The translations under genes and the position numbers were made by a program. Shown here in pieces: positions 54,365-63,958 of a stretch of DNA of 64,000 bases. The notes under the pieces are model-generated. The model worked only from the letters and a program-made list of their open reading frames with translations, made no database searches and was not told the origin of the DNA. Origin of the DNA: an uncultured Actinomycetes bacterium (GTDB lineage: Bacteria > Actinomycetota > Thermoleophilia > UBA2241). The stretch is taken from contig CAWJRV010000028.1 in the NCBI GenBank assembly GCA_963845355.1, forward strand, positions 1,427 through 65,426, given 5' to 3'. The stretch's first letter is position 1. Each line of letters opens with the position of its first letter.

Positions 54365-56449
54365 CTAGTCGCGGCCGGCCATCATCCGCGAGAAGGCCAG
54401 CAGACTCGCCGCGGTAAGGTCGATCGCCGGCTCGGTGTTGGGGTAGTTCTGCACGGCGTCGCGCCACTTGGCGCCGTCGGACCCGTCGGCGTCGAACTGC
54501 CTGAACGGATCGGCGCTCGGCCCGAGTCGCATACCCGCCACGGTACCGTCGTCCTGGTCTGCGTTCGGCCCCTCGACGGCCGCGCCCAGCAGCACCGGCG
54601 CCCGGCCGTCGAGCGTGCCCCGCAGGTTGGCCACCTGGTGCTGCAGGCAGTGAGGAAACGTCGAGCCGTCGCCGACGATGAGCGACGTGCCCCAGGCGTT
54701 GGCCCCCAGGATGTCGGCCAGCCAGCGGCTCGCCCAGGCGGCGTAGGCCGTCGAGTGGGTGAGCTCGTCGTACTCGCTCGCCATGACGACGAGGCCGGCG
54801 CCGTGAGAGGTCGTGTCCCACTGGTTCCAGGGAAAGCCGAACTGGAACGGGTCGCGTCGCGCCTGGACGACCGCCCCATGGAGCGCCTTGCCCAGATCGC
54901 CCAGAAGCTGCGCCCGGCTGACCTCGAGCCCGCTCGGATCGCCGGCGCGCTCGATCGCGCGGTACAGCTCGTAGTGGGCGAGGCCCGAGACATCGTAGAG
55001 GTTGAGCGTGTCGGCGGCGTCGTGCGGGCCGCCGATGTAGGCCGCCGCCCAGTGGGCGGCCGCGCGCAGGTAGCTCAGGGGGTGCTCCCCCGTCAGGCCC
55101 GCGACCGTCGCGCCCCCGTCGGCCATGGCGAAGTAGAGCTCGGTCGCGCCGAGTTCCATGTCGTCGCGCCACTCCACCTCGGGGTAGTAGTCGTAGGGGA
55201 TGGCCGTCATGAGCTTCTTGGGCGCGGGGTCGGCGAGCGCGAAGATGTGCACCGCGGCACGCAGACAGTGATTGGCGAAGACCGGATGGGTGGCGCGGTA
55301 GACCTGGTAGGCCAGGGCCAGCGCAGCCGCGTCGCGACCGGCCAGGTTGGGGCTGATCTTCGCACCGGGCGGACCCGCCCGAAACACGGGGCGGTGACGG
55401 ATGTAGCGATAGACGGGGTCGCCGGCGCGCCAGGTGTCGTCGCGCTGCGGCAGCCGCCAGATGTCGTGGTCGCCCGCGGTGTGGGCATTGCCCGAGCCGA
55501 TCCCGACCTGGTAGTAGAGCGTGCGCGTGCGGTCGTTCCACATGCGCAGCAGCCAGGTGGCGCCGAAAAGGCCCTCGGCGGAGAAGTCGGACGTTTGCGA
55601 AGCGGCTCCCATCTGGGCCGGAAAGTCGCGTTGCCCGACCAGCATCAGCGCTTCGACGTAGGTCGTCGCGTGAACGAACTTCAGGTAGTCGCCGGCGTCC
55701 CACCAGCCGCCGGCGGCATCGATGCGCACATGCAGCGGGGTGAGATCGCCCCGAAAGATACCGTCACCGTTCACGGTCGGCGTGAGAAAAGTCATGGCAT
55801 GCCGGTCGTTCAGATGCCCTGGCGCCGTGCGCAGCGCCGAGGGGTAGAACGAGGGTCCGTCCTGCTCGGTCTGATAGAAGCGCAGGGCGTTGGCGAGCGC
55901 CGGCCCGTACACGGCCGCGCCGCTGCCTATCGCAAACGGCGGTGAGACGGCCTTCACGGGGCCGCTCACCGCGACGGTGTACGTGCCGGAGTCGGTCAGC
56001 CGGTCGAAGTCGAGAGCGTAGACATGCCGGTAGCGCCGGCTCCAGGCGCCCAGCGACACGCCGATCGGCAGCGGACCGGCGACCACGGCGCCGTCGCGGC
56101 TGACCGTGAACGTCGCGCCCGCGGCCGGCGCCTGCGTCATGAGGTAGGCGCGCTTGGGCGCCGTCGCCGCGTAGCCGACCTGATCGACACGCACGCAGGC
56201 GTCGGGGCTGGTCGCATTCGCGGCGGTCGAAGCAGTCGCGGCGGTCGACGAAAGCCCGGCGGTCGACCCGGTCGAGCCGCCCGACACTGGCATGCCGGCG
56301 CCGGTCGGCGCCGCGTGAGGTTGCGAGCCACCGCACGCCGCCAAGCCGCTCAGGCGCGCGAGCGCCACCGTCGCGGCCGCGGCCGCGACGATCAAAGCGA
56401 CCAGCGCCGGCCGCTCGTCGCCAGAGCAGCGAAGCCCCCGGTACTTCAT
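54365..56449 (-). CDS. Glycoside hydrolase family 9-like enzyme (lipoprotein, Ig-like N-domain)
   Basis: Lipobox LSGLAACGG. AAGGWWDAGDYLKFVHATTY, GDHDIWRLPQRDD, and C-terminal NTEPAIDLTAASL. Confidence 0.75.
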   Translation of the reverse strand: MKYRGLRCSGDERPALVALIVAAAAATVALARLSGLAACGGSQPHAAPTGAGMPVSGGSTGSTAGLSSTAATASTAANATSPDACVRVDQVGYAATAPKRAYLMTQAPAAGATFTVSRDGAVVAGPLPIGVSLGAWSRRYRHVYALDFDRLTDSGTYTVAVSGPVKAVSPPFAIGSGAAVYGPALANALRFYQTEQDGPSFYPSALRTAPGHLNDRHAMTFLTPTVNGDGIFRGDLTPLHVRIDAAGGWWDAGDYLKFVHATTYVEALMLVGQRDFPAQMGAASQTSDFSAEGLFGATWLLRMWNDRTRTLYYQVGIGSGNAHTAGDHDIWRLPQRDDTWRAGDPVYRYIRHRPVFRAGPPGAKISPNLAGRDAAALALAYQVYRATHPVFANHCLRAAVHIFALADPAPKKLMTAIPYDYYPEVEWRDDMELGATELYFAMADGGATVAGLTGEHPLSYLRAAAHWAAAYIGGPHDAADTLNLYDVSGLAHYELYRAIERAGDPSGLEVSRAQLLGDLGKALHGAVVQARRDPFQFGFPWNQWDTTSHGAGLVVMASEYDELTHSTAYAAWASRWLADILGANAWGTSLIVGDGSTFPHCLQHQVANLRGTLDGRAPVLLGAAVEGPNADQDDGTVAGMRLGPSADPFRQFDADGSDGAKWRDAVQNYPNTEPAIDLTAASLLAFSRMMAGRD

Positions 56450-56519
56450 GGCGTCCCCCCCTTGACGATGGACGGGCGAGCAGCTACTCGCGCTCGACAT
56501 CGGCGCCCCGGTGTGGCGG

Positions 56520-56711
56520 TCAGTCGGCGGAGCTCTCCTTGCGGGCTCCGATGATCCCCGAGACGATCAGCGCCACGACGCCCACGATCAGGGCCAGGAT
56601 GATCGGATGGCCGCCGTGCTTGAACCAGGCGATCATGCCCGAGAGCAAGATGCCCGTGAACACGCAGATGGCCACGACCCAGACGATGACGATGAGGATG
56701 AATTTGCCCAC
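56520..56711 (-). CDS. 63-aa two-TM membrane peptide
   Basis: GTG follows AAAGGGGGAGAG. VGKFILIVIVWVVAICVFTGILLSGMIAWFKHGGHPIILALIVGVVALIVSGII. Confidence 0.5.
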   Translation of the reverse strand: MGKFILIVIVWVVAICVFTGILLSGMIAWFKHGGHPIILALIVGVVALIVSGIIGARKESSAD

Positions 56712-56779
56712 CTCTCCCCCTTTGTGAGCGACGCGCTGCAGCAGCGCGCCGACCGGTCGGTCACGCACTGCTGAGCTGG

Positions 56780-57808
56780 TCACGCACTGCTGAAGCCGAA
56801 GCCTACCACGCGGTCCGCAGGCGCCAGAGGGCTGACCGGCAGGCCCGCGCGGGCCTCGGGCGCGTTGTAGCCCACGGGCGCCACATCGTTCGGACCGTCG
56901 GGGTAGAAGAGGCTGGCGAGCGCCTGGATCTGGCCCCGGCCGACGCCGAGCTCGAACTGCCCGCCGCCGTAGAGCTCGATGCCGGCAGCCTGGGCACGCT
57001 CGATACAGTCGAGAAGCGCACGTACGGTGCCGAAGCGCGACGGCTTGATGTTCAGGTGGCGCGCCGGCAGCGGCAGCGCCTCGACGTCGGTCCAGGAGTG
57101 GATGGGCGCATCCCACGACAGGCGCGCCGCCGCCGCACGGATCAGCGCGCCGGTGTCGTCGTCGATGCCGGGGTCCTCGACCACGGCGTCGGGAAAGGCC
57201 GCAAGGACCGCGGCGTACACGACGGCGTCGGCCGGGTTTTCGACCAGCGTCCCCTCGTAGTAGGCCTTGAAATCGACGATCCGCACGCTGCCGGTCGCGG
57301 CGATGTCCGCGATCAGCGCGGCATCCCAGTCGGGTGTGGGGTCGAGCTTGAACTGCAGACCGGGATACAGCGCCAGCCAGGGCCTGATGTCGAGCCGCGT
57401 CGAGACGACGAAGCGTACCGGCCGGTAGGGCAAGCCCAGGGCCTCGCCGAGCGACAGGCCCGCCTGGCGCAAGGCCAGGTCGAGGGCCGCGCTTTCGAAG
57501 GCCCAGCGCCGGTAATCGCGGCTGGCGGGCCGCGCCGGCTCGCGGGCAAAGAGCGGCTGCCAGGCGAGACGGCGCAGGAACGGATGAAGGGCACTCACCC
57601 AGCCCAGGCCGAGCGCGCTGGGGTAGTCGTCGTGGTCGGCCGCGTCGTAGGTCACGTCTTCGCCGCGCCCCACGTGGCCGCCGCCGTGCAGCACGATCTC
57701 GGTGGTCACTCGTGTGAAGCCGCTCGAGACCGCAAGCTCGTGGCGGACGCATTCGTAACCTTCGATCGTCAGGTCGAGTCGTGCAAGTCGCTCGTCGTAC
57801 AGGCTCAT
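56780..57808 (-). CDS. Hypothetical protein (possibly an enolase-superfamily-like barrel)
   Basis: Intact 342-aa ORF with coding-like composition. The fold assignment is only an impression. Confidence 0.6.
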   Translation of the reverse strand: MSLYDERLARLDLTIEGYECVRHELAVSSGFTRVTTEIVLHGGGHVGRGEDVTYDAADHDDYPSALGLGWVSALHPFLRRLAWQPLFAREPARPASRDYRRWAFESAALDLALRQAGLSLGEALGLPYRPVRFVVSTRLDIRPWLALYPGLQFKLDPTPDWDAALIADIAATGSVRIVDFKAYYEGTLVENPADAVVYAAVLAAFPDAVVEDPGIDDDTGALIRAAAARLSWDAPIHSWTDVEALPLPARHLNIKPSRFGTVRALLDCIERAQAAGIELYGGGQFELGVGRGQIQALASLFYPDGPNDVAPVGYNAPEARAGLPVSPLAPADRVVGFGFSSA

Positions 57809-57837
57809 CGTGTCTTAGTACCCGCCAAGGCCCTCGA

Positions 57838-57942
57838 CTAGGCGCGCGACGAAGTCACGCCGGCCTGAGCGGGAACGACGAAGTCGTTTCACGGCACTAG
57901 GCGCGCGACGAAGTCACGCCGGCCTGAGCGGGAACGACGAAG
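57838..57942. repeat. Tandem duplication: 46-nt perfect repeat with a 59-nt period
   Basis: ctaggcgcgcgacgaagtcacgccggcctgagcgggaacgacgaag occurs at 57838-57883 and 57897-57942. A third ctaggc at 57948 is the M20 stop region. Confidence 0.85.
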
Positions 57943-57947
57943 CGACG

Positions 57948-59324
57948 CTAGGCAAGCATCTCGCGCACGAGCTCGTAGGCGAACACCGACTGAAAGGCAA
58001 GGTCGCGCGCACTGATACGCTCGTCGACGTTGTGGAACAGCGGCGTGACGGCGGCCCCGTCGTCAACCAGAAACGGCGCAAAGTTGTAGGCCACGACCCC
58101 GGGGAACGCCGCCCGGAACCAGTTCGAGTCGGTGAAGCCGACGGAGTGGATGGGCACGACCCGCGAACCGGGCACCAGACGCGCCATCACCGCAGTGACG
58201 GCCTGCCGCAGCGGCGTGTCGGCCGGCGAGGCGTTGCCTTCGATGGTGCCGAGCCACTCGATCTCCCAGCGCGCGTCGACCGCTGCCAGCGCCGTCTCGA
58301 CCTCGGCGGCCACACGATCCTGGGTCCAGCCCACCGGCATGCGGCAGTCGACCGTCACCGTGGCGCTCGGCGGAAAGACGTTCACCGCTTCGCCACTCGA
58401 ATGGACGATCGTCGGCGAGAAGGTGAGGCCGTAGAGCGGGGCCAGCAGGTCGGCGGCCAGGCGGTCCTGCGACGAGTCACTCTCGGAAAGCTCCGCGAGC
58501 GCCCCTCGCGCGGCGCTCTCGTCGAGCAGCCGGGCGCGCAGCGACGGCTCGGCGACGAGCAGCTCGACGTACTCCGGGGGCACGGTCTCGAGACTGAGGC
58601 GCGGCTCGTAGTCGTGCAGGGCGCGCACCACGTCGGCGGCGCCCACGACGGCGTTGTCGCGCCGCAGCGGCACCGAGGCGTGGCCCGACTCGCCGGACAC
58701 CACGACACGAAACTGGGCCGTGCCCTTCTCGCCGACGTTCAGGTCGTAGAGACGCTCGCCGCCCGGCAAAACGAGGAACTCACCCCCGCCTTCGTTCAAC
58801 AGATAGTCGCAGGCCACGAGGTCGGGACGGTGCTCGCACAGCCAGCGCGCCCCGCCGATGGCGCCGTCCTCTTCGTCGGCCTCGGCCACGAACACGACCT
58901 CGCCGGCGAACTCACGGCCCTCCTCGGCCAGCCGCCGCAGGGCGACACAGAACGCCGCCAGCAGGTTCTTGACGTCGACCGCACCACGACCCCAGATGTA
59001 ACCATCCTTGACAACACCGTCGAAGGGCGGCTCGGTCCAGTGCTCGGCTTCGGCCGGAACGACATCTTCGTGGGCCATGAGCACGAGTCGCGGCCCCGGT
59101 CGCGAGCCCGCCAGGCGCAGCACGAAGCTGCGCCGCTCGGCCGGTTCGCCGCAGATCTCGCCCTGCAGCCCGTGGGCGCGAAAGTAGTCGTCGAGGAACC
59201 GCGCCACGGCCGTCTCGTTGCCGGGCGGGTTGCTCGTGTCGATGCGGATCAGGGCGCTGAGCAGCTCGGTGGTCTCGCGCTCGACGCGCGTGACGAGTTC
59301 GGGGTCGATGGCGGCGATATCCAC
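57948..59324 (-). CDS. M20-family metallopeptidase (ArgE/DapE/CPG2-like)
   Basis: LIRIDTSNPPGNE, LVLMAHEDVVPAE, and AEADEEDG. GTG follows AAGGAG. Confidence 0.85.
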   Translation of the reverse strand: MDIAAIDPELVTRVERETTELLSALIRIDTSNPPGNETAVARFLDDYFRAHGLQGEICGEPAERRSFVLRLAGSRPGPRLVLMAHEDVVPAEAEHWTEPPFDGVVKDGYIWGRGAVDVKNLLAAFCVALRRLAEEGREFAGEVVFVAEADEEDGAIGGARWLCEHRPDLVACDYLLNEGGGEFLVLPGGERLYDLNVGEKGTAQFRVVVSGESGHASVPLRRDNAVVGAADVVRALHDYEPRLSLETVPPEYVELLVAEPSLRARLLDESAARGALAELSESDSSQDRLAADLLAPLYGLTFSPTIVHSSGEAVNVFPPSATVTVDCRMPVGWTQDRVAAEVETALAAVDARWEIEWLGTIEGNASPADTPLRQAVTAVMARLVPGSRVVPIHSVGFTDSNWFRAAFPGVVAYNFAPFLVDDGAAVTPLFHNVDERISARDLAFQSVFAYELVREMLA

Positions 59325-59550
59325 GCGTTCTCCTTGTTGGGCGACCGGTCACGAATGATAGCGGGCTTGGCGACCGCGTTCACCCCGGAGCTCGCGAACG
59401 GCGCGGTCGCGACGTGGTGGCGCAGCGGGCGCGGCGGGCGCTGCGCGGGCGCGCCGCCGGTCGCGGCACACCCGCGCAGCGCCCGCGCGCGACGAGCAAT
59501 CGGGAAGACGCCGCGCGTGCACGCGCGGGTGCTTTCGGGCACGCTGACGG

Positions 59551-59561
59551 TGCGGTATAGT
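59551..59561 (+). promoter_or_regulatory. tRNA promoter motif TGCGGTATAGT
   Basis: Lies 13 nt upstream of tRNA-Ser(GCT). The same 11-mer family occurs at 59752 and 62809. Confidence 0.5.
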
Positions 59562-59573
59562 GAGCGCCCGCGC

Positions 59574-59666
59574 GGAGAAGTGGCCGAGAGGCTGAAGGCA
59601 GCCGCCTGCTAAGCGGTTAACGGGTTTAAGGCTCGTTCCCGGGTTCGAATCCCGGCTTCTCCGCCA
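59574..59666 (+). tRNA. tRNA-Ser (anticodon GCT), CCA encoded
   Basis: Acceptor stem ggagaag/cttctcc, anticodon loop ctGCTaa, long variable arm, T-loop ggttcgaatcc. Confidence 0.9.
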
Positions 59667-59751
59667 GTCTGCTCTCTTCCCCGCCTCGCCAGCCGTTTCG
59701 TCGTGGGCTGCCCCATGCGGCGCGACCGTGCGGCTCGACCGGGCCGCGATT

Positions 59752-59762
59752 TGCGGTATACT
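59752..59762 (+). promoter_or_regulatory. tRNA promoter motif TGCGGTATACT
   Basis: Lies 15 nt upstream of tRNA-Arg. Confidence 0.5.
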
Positions 59763-59776
59763 TCCAGCTCTCGCGT

Positions 59777-59854
59777 GCGCCAGTAGCTCAGCTGGATTAG
59801 AGCGTCGGTCTACGGAACCGAAGGTCGGGAGTTCGAATCTCTCCTGGCGCACCA
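59777..59854 (+). tRNA. tRNA-Arg (anticodon ACG), CCA encoded
   Basis: Acceptor stem gcgccag/ctggcgc, anticodon stem tcggt/accga, loop ctACGga. Confidence 0.9.
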
Positions 59855-59907
59855 GACCTCTTCCGGCGCCCTTGCCCCCGCCACCCTTCCGAGCCGGTTC
59901 GCGGGGG

Positions 59908-61410
59908 TCAAGGCCTGTATCTGAGCAGGAAGCCGTCGTCGCTGCTGCCGGCCTGCTGTGAGCCGGCCACGTAGACCGAGTGCGTGCCCACGACGAGCAG
60001 GGCGTAGTCCTGATTGTCTGCGCCGGCGCCGCTATAGCTGCTTGCCCACATCGGGCTTCCCGAGCTGCTGAACTTCTGGGTCACGATGTCGGAGCCGGTG
60101 GACGTCTGGCTCCTGCCGACGACGAAAGCGGCTCCCGCCCGTCCCGCGGCGACGTGTTCGGCGATGTCGTTGAGGTTCGCCGGACCGTTGTAGGTCTGCT
60201 CCCAGACAGTGCCGCCGGCGGGCGTGAGCTCGTCGATCAGCATGTCCTCGTGGTTGGTGGCGCCCGCGTAATACTCGCCCACGACCGCCAGGTGCCCGTT
60301 CGACAGCAGCGCGATGTCCCCGTAGGTGGTATCGGTGCCTGGGGCGCCGCCCCCGCCCGAGTTGTCGGTCAAGACCCCTGCGCTCGTATACTCGAGCATC
60401 AGGTAGTCCTGGCCACCCGAGCCGTCGGACGAGCTGCCGACGACATACACGTCGCCGCCTCGGCCCACTGCGATGGCCGCTCCGAAATCGTCGCGGGCGA
60501 GTCCGTCGTCGTAGCGTCGCGTCCAGCGGTGACGGCCGGCCGCGCTGTACTTGATGGTGAGCGCGTCAAGGCCGGTCGCCGTGGCGAAGCTGCCGCCCGT
60601 GACGTATGCGTCGCCCGCCGCGTCGAGCGCAAGATCGCCTACGTAGTCGACACCCGGGCCCGTGTAGCGGCGCACCCAGCGGCGAACGCCTGAGCTCGAG
60701 TACTTCGCCAAAGCCATGTTGTACGAGGTCGTCGGGTCGTACTCCGTGGCGGCGACGAAAATGTTCCCGCGGCGGTCCACGGCCACGGACTGGGACGCAT
60801 CGGGGATCAGCGTCGAGCTTCCGAAGGAGCGCACCCAGAGGCGCTTGCCGCCGGGGCTGTACTTGATGATCAGCGTGACGACAGAACCCGAGACCGTAGG
60901 TGAGTAGCCGACCACGACGAGGTCCTTGCCGTCGGCGGCCGCCGCCGTGAGCTGGTCGAAGCCGTCGCCGGTGCCGTTGTAGGTGCGCAGCCAGCGGCGC
61001 TGCCCGTCGGCGCCGTAGCGCGCCGCCACGAAGTCCTCGCTGCTTGTGAACGTGTAGCCGGCGACATACACCCCGCCGCTCGGCGCCGGCGCCAGGGCCG
61101 TGAAGACATCCTCACCATTGCCCGTGCCGTTGTAGACGCGTTGCCACAGAAGGCCGCCCGGAGCGGCGCGGGCGACGGGAGCACCGATAACGAGGGCGGC
61201 CGCGCAGAGCGCGAGGCCAATGAGCAGCGCCAGGATTGCAAACGACACAACAGACGCGGGCCGCTGCGGATCGGCGGCGGCCCGGCGCCTGCCGAACCGG
61301 ATCGCACGTGCCGACGCCGCCCGCGCTACGGAAGCCCTGGGTCTGACAGTTCTCTCCACCTCGTTGAGGTCCGGGGCTTCCTGCGCCGCCGCCACCCCGA
61401 GCCGGGCCAT
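59908..61410 (-). CDS. Membrane-anchored beta-propeller repeat (SBBP-like) protein
   Basis: N-terminal TM helix, then ~8 repeats of the type W.R.Y.G.G.D....A.D..G..YV.G. Confidence 0.7.
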   Translation of the reverse strand: MARLGVAAAQEAPDLNEVERTVRPRASVARAASARAIRFGRRRAAADPQRPASVVSFAILALLIGLALCAAALVIGAPVARAAPGGLLWQRVYNGTGNGEDVFTALAPAPSGGVYVAGYTFTSSEDFVAARYGADGQRRWLRTYNGTGDGFDQLTAAAADGKDLVVVGYSPTVSGSVVTLIIKYSPGGKRLWVRSFGSSTLIPDASQSVAVDRRGNIFVAATEYDPTTSYNMALAKYSSSGVRRWVRRYTGPGVDYVGDLALDAAGDAYVTGGSFATATGLDALTIKYSAAGRHRWTRRYDDGLARDDFGAAIAVGRGGDVYVVGSSSDGSGGQDYLMLEYTSAGVLTDNSGGGGAPGTDTTYGDIALLSNGHLAVVGEYYAGATNHEDMLIDELTPAGGTVWEQTYNGPANLNDIAEHVAAGRAGAAFVVGRSQTSTGSDIVTQKFSSSGSPMWASSYSGAGADNQDYALLVVGTHSVYVAGSQQAGSSDDGFLLRYRP

Positions 61411-61632
61411 CTTGGGTCAAGGTCTTTCGGTGCCCGGCGTCTTTGGGCCATAAACCGTATCGTCGGACCGCCGGCGAGCGCTCGGCCTTCGCGTATCGAC
61501 TCTACCGCCACCTCCGGCTGAACCGCTCAGGGTCGTCTGGAGGCTCCACTCCTCGAGAGGATGGAGCCATGAGAACGGCAACGAGGTGTCCGGCAGAGGC
61601 CGAGGGTGGCGGCCGGCCAGCGCGGCGGCGCT

Positions 61633-62172
61633 CTACGGCGTCGGTGCGCTCACGCTGGCAGCCGCGGCTCGCGCGGCGGCGCGAGCGGCGGTCCGCGCCC
61701 GCACACGCTCCATGATGGCCGGTGACGTGAGGACGTAGGCCACCATGGCCGATGCCAGCCCGGTCGGCACGAGCAGGATGCCGCCGAGGGTCGCCACGTA
61801 CAGCCCCAGGCCGGGCCGCATCGGGTCGTAGATATGCCAGCCGGCCGTAAAGCACACCATGGTGATGGCCACGCCGGCGAGGCTGACGGCGAAGCAGGGC
61901 AGGATCGACAACCTGATTGGGCGGCGGACGATCATGACGAGGCCGACGACCACGACCAGCCCTGCCAGCCCGAGGACCGGCAGACCCCACGGCGTGGCGA
62001 GCGCACCGTTGATGCCGGCCGAGGAGTGCACGCTCAGGTTGACGTCGTGGCCGGTCGAGTAGTTGGCCCAGGGCAGGAACACTCCCGCCAGCACGGCGAG
62101 GCCCAGTATCACGGTGACGATGCCGTCGCCCACCCAGTCCGCCCGCGAGAATCCACGACGTCGCAGTCTCAA
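61633..62172 (-). CDS. Polytopic membrane protein, unknown function
   Basis: Four or five hydrophobic segments. The start is uncertain (TTG 62172 or GTG 62133). Confidence 0.55.
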   Translation of the reverse strand: MRLRRRGFSRADWVGDGIVTVILGLAVLAGVFLPWANYSTGHDVNLSVHSSAGINGALATPWGLPVLGLAGLVVVVGLVMIVRRPIRLSILPCFAVSLAGVAITMVCFTAGWHIYDPMRPGLGLYVATLGGILLVPTGLASAMVAYVLTSPAIMERVRARTAARAAARAAAASVSAPTP

Positions 62173-62296
62173 AGGAAACCCCCATGCCGAACGTCCGCTT
62201 TGCGCGGCCTATCGCGTAAGTATCGGCCGAGGTCCGCCGCAGCGTGAGCGCAACGGCCTCTGATATCCTCCGTAGATCGACGGGCATCCTAGGACC

Positions 62297-62761
62297 GTGA
62301 GCGAACACCACTTTCCACGCGACGAATACTTCATGCGTTTCGCCCTGCGCGAAGCCGCGCGCGCCGGACGGCACGACGACGTGCCGATCGGCGCGGTCGT
62401 CACCTTTCAGGGCGAGATCATCGGCTCGGCCGGCAACGAGCGCGAGCTGCGTCAGAGCCCCACAGCCCACGCCGAGATCCTCGCCATAGAACAGGCGGCG
62501 AAGCGCATAGGCCACTGGCGCCTGCTCGACACGGTCATCTACGTCACGATCGAACCGTGCCCGATGTGCGCCGGCGCCATCGTGCTGGCCCGCGTGCCGA
62601 GACTGGTCTACGGCGCGCCCGACGAAAAGGCCGGCGCCACTGGCACCCTCTTCGACATCGTCCGCGACCCGCGCTTGAACCACCGCGTCGAAGTCGTCGG
62701 CGGCGTCCTCGAAGACGAGTCGGTCGAACTGCTGCAGCAGTTCTTCAAGGAGCGCCGGTAG
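62297..62761 (+). CDS. tadA: tRNA-specific adenosine-34 deaminase
   Basis: PIGAVV, HAEILAI, and PCPMCAGA...RLVYGA. Right size for the family (154 aa). Confidence 0.9.
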   Translation: MSEHHFPRDEYFMRFALREAARAGRHDDVPIGAVVTFQGEIIGSAGNERELRQSPTAHAEILAIEQAAKRIGHWRLLDTVIYVTIEPCPMCAGAIVLARVPRLVYGAPDEKAGATGTLFDIVRDPRLNHRVEVVGGVLEDESVELLQQFFKERR

Positions 62762-62808
62762 GCAGGCGACGCGCGCCGGTCGCAGCCCGTGTCGCCCGCC
62801 TCAGGCCC

Positions 62809-62819
62809 TGCGGTATACT
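62809..62819 (+). promoter_or_regulatory. tRNA promoter motif TGCGGTATACT
   Basis: Lies 29 nt upstream of tRNA-Ser(GGA). Confidence 0.5.
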
Positions 62820-62847
62820 GTCGCTCTGCCGAATGCGACGGCGGCGC

Positions 62848-62943
<96 letters not shown>

Positions 62944-62975
62944 CCACCCGCCCGCGTCGCGTCGAGCGCATCCGC

Positions 62976-63068
62976 GGAGAGGTGGCTGAGCTGGCTGAAA
63001 GCGGCGGTCTCGAAAACCGTTATGCGTCGCGAGGCGCATCGGGGGTTCGAATCCCCCCCTCTCCGCCA
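62976..63068 (+). tRNA. tRNA-Ser (anticodon CGA), CCA encoded
   Basis: Acceptor stem ggagagg/cctctcc, anticodon loop ctCGAaa, long variable arm. Confidence 0.9.
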
Positions 63069-63156
63069 GTCTTGCAGCTCGATCCTCCGCCCCGCCGGCC
63101 CCGGCGCCCGCCCGGATGCTGCATCTCCCCAGGCGACGTGGTACCCTTTTTGGCCA

Positions 63157-63232
63157 CGGGCAATTAGCTCAGGGGGAGAGCGCCTGCTTCACACGCAGGA
63201 GGTCGATGGTTCAAATCCATCATTGCCCACCA
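63157..63232 (+). tRNA. tRNA-Val (anticodon CAC), CCA encoded
   Basis: Acceptor stem gggcaat/attgccc, anticodon stem cctgc/gcagg, loop ttCACac. Confidence 0.9.
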
Positions 63233-63250
63233 TCTTCTTGCTCGGGGGGC

Positions 63251-63958
63251 GTGACGGAGACGCGCGACAGCAGCCGATCCGATGCCGTGGTCGAGACTCG
63301 CGGCGGCGTCGCCGAAGCTCCCGGCGCGGCGCCCAGAACGACCGCTCCCGGCGCGGCGTCCCACAAGATCGCTCCCGACGATGTCGCCGTCCGCACGGCG
63401 CTACCCGGAGACCTTGCCGAGATCGTCACGATGGTCCGCGCGGCCTTCGGCTACGACCTCGAAGCGAGGCTCGTCGAGCGTCTCGAGCGCGAGCATCGCG
63501 TCGCGGCATCGGTGGTGGCGGTGAGCGAGCGGCGCATCGTCGGCCACGCCCTGCTCAGCCACCTGTCGCTGACCGCTCCCGGCAGCCCCTCGCGGCCCGC
63601 GCTCGCGCTGGCGCCGGTCGCCGTCGCCCCCGAGCGCCAGGGCTGCGGCATCGGCGAACTCGTCGTGCGCGGCTGTCTGCGACGCGCCGATCCGGCGCTG
63701 CCCGTCTTTGTCATCGGCGACCCTGCCTTCTACGCACGCTTCGGCTTTGAGCCGGCAGCCGCCTATGGTGTGACGTCCCGCTTCGACGTGGCGGCCGGGT
63801 ACTTCATGGTGCGCCCGGGCCACTACTCCTCAGGAGAGCGGGGTGAGCTCGACAGGCCGCGTGAACCGAACGGGCCGCGTGAACCGAACGGGCCGGGTGA
63901 GCCACACGGGCTGAGCGGCCACACGCTCGACTACCCGGCTGCCTTCGACGGGCTGTGA
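63251..63958 (+). CDS. GNAT-family N-acetyltransferase with a repetitive C-terminal tail
   Basis: VAPERQGCGIGELVVRGCL, FVIGDPAFYARFGFEP. The tail PREPNGPREPNGPGEPHG comes from a 21-nt tandem repeat. The start is uncertain (GTG 63251 is the first start after the tRNA). Confidence 0.65.
   Translation: MTETRDSSRSDAVVETRGGVAEAPGAAPRTTAPGAASHKIAPDDVAVRTALPGDLAEIVTMVRAAFGYDLEARLVERLEREHRVAASVVAVSERRIVGHALLSHLSLTAPGSPSRPALALAPVAVAPERQGCGIGELVVRGCLRRADPALPVFVIGDPAFYARFGFEPAAAYGVTSRFDVAAGYFMVRPGHYSSGERGELDRPREPNGPREPNGPGEPHGLSGHTLDYPAAFDGL

Noticed and set aside
56520-57752. 410-aa minus-strand ORF
   Set aside because: It is out-of-frame read-through of the 56780-57808 gene. Only its last 63 codons (the small TM peptide from GTG 56711) look genuine.
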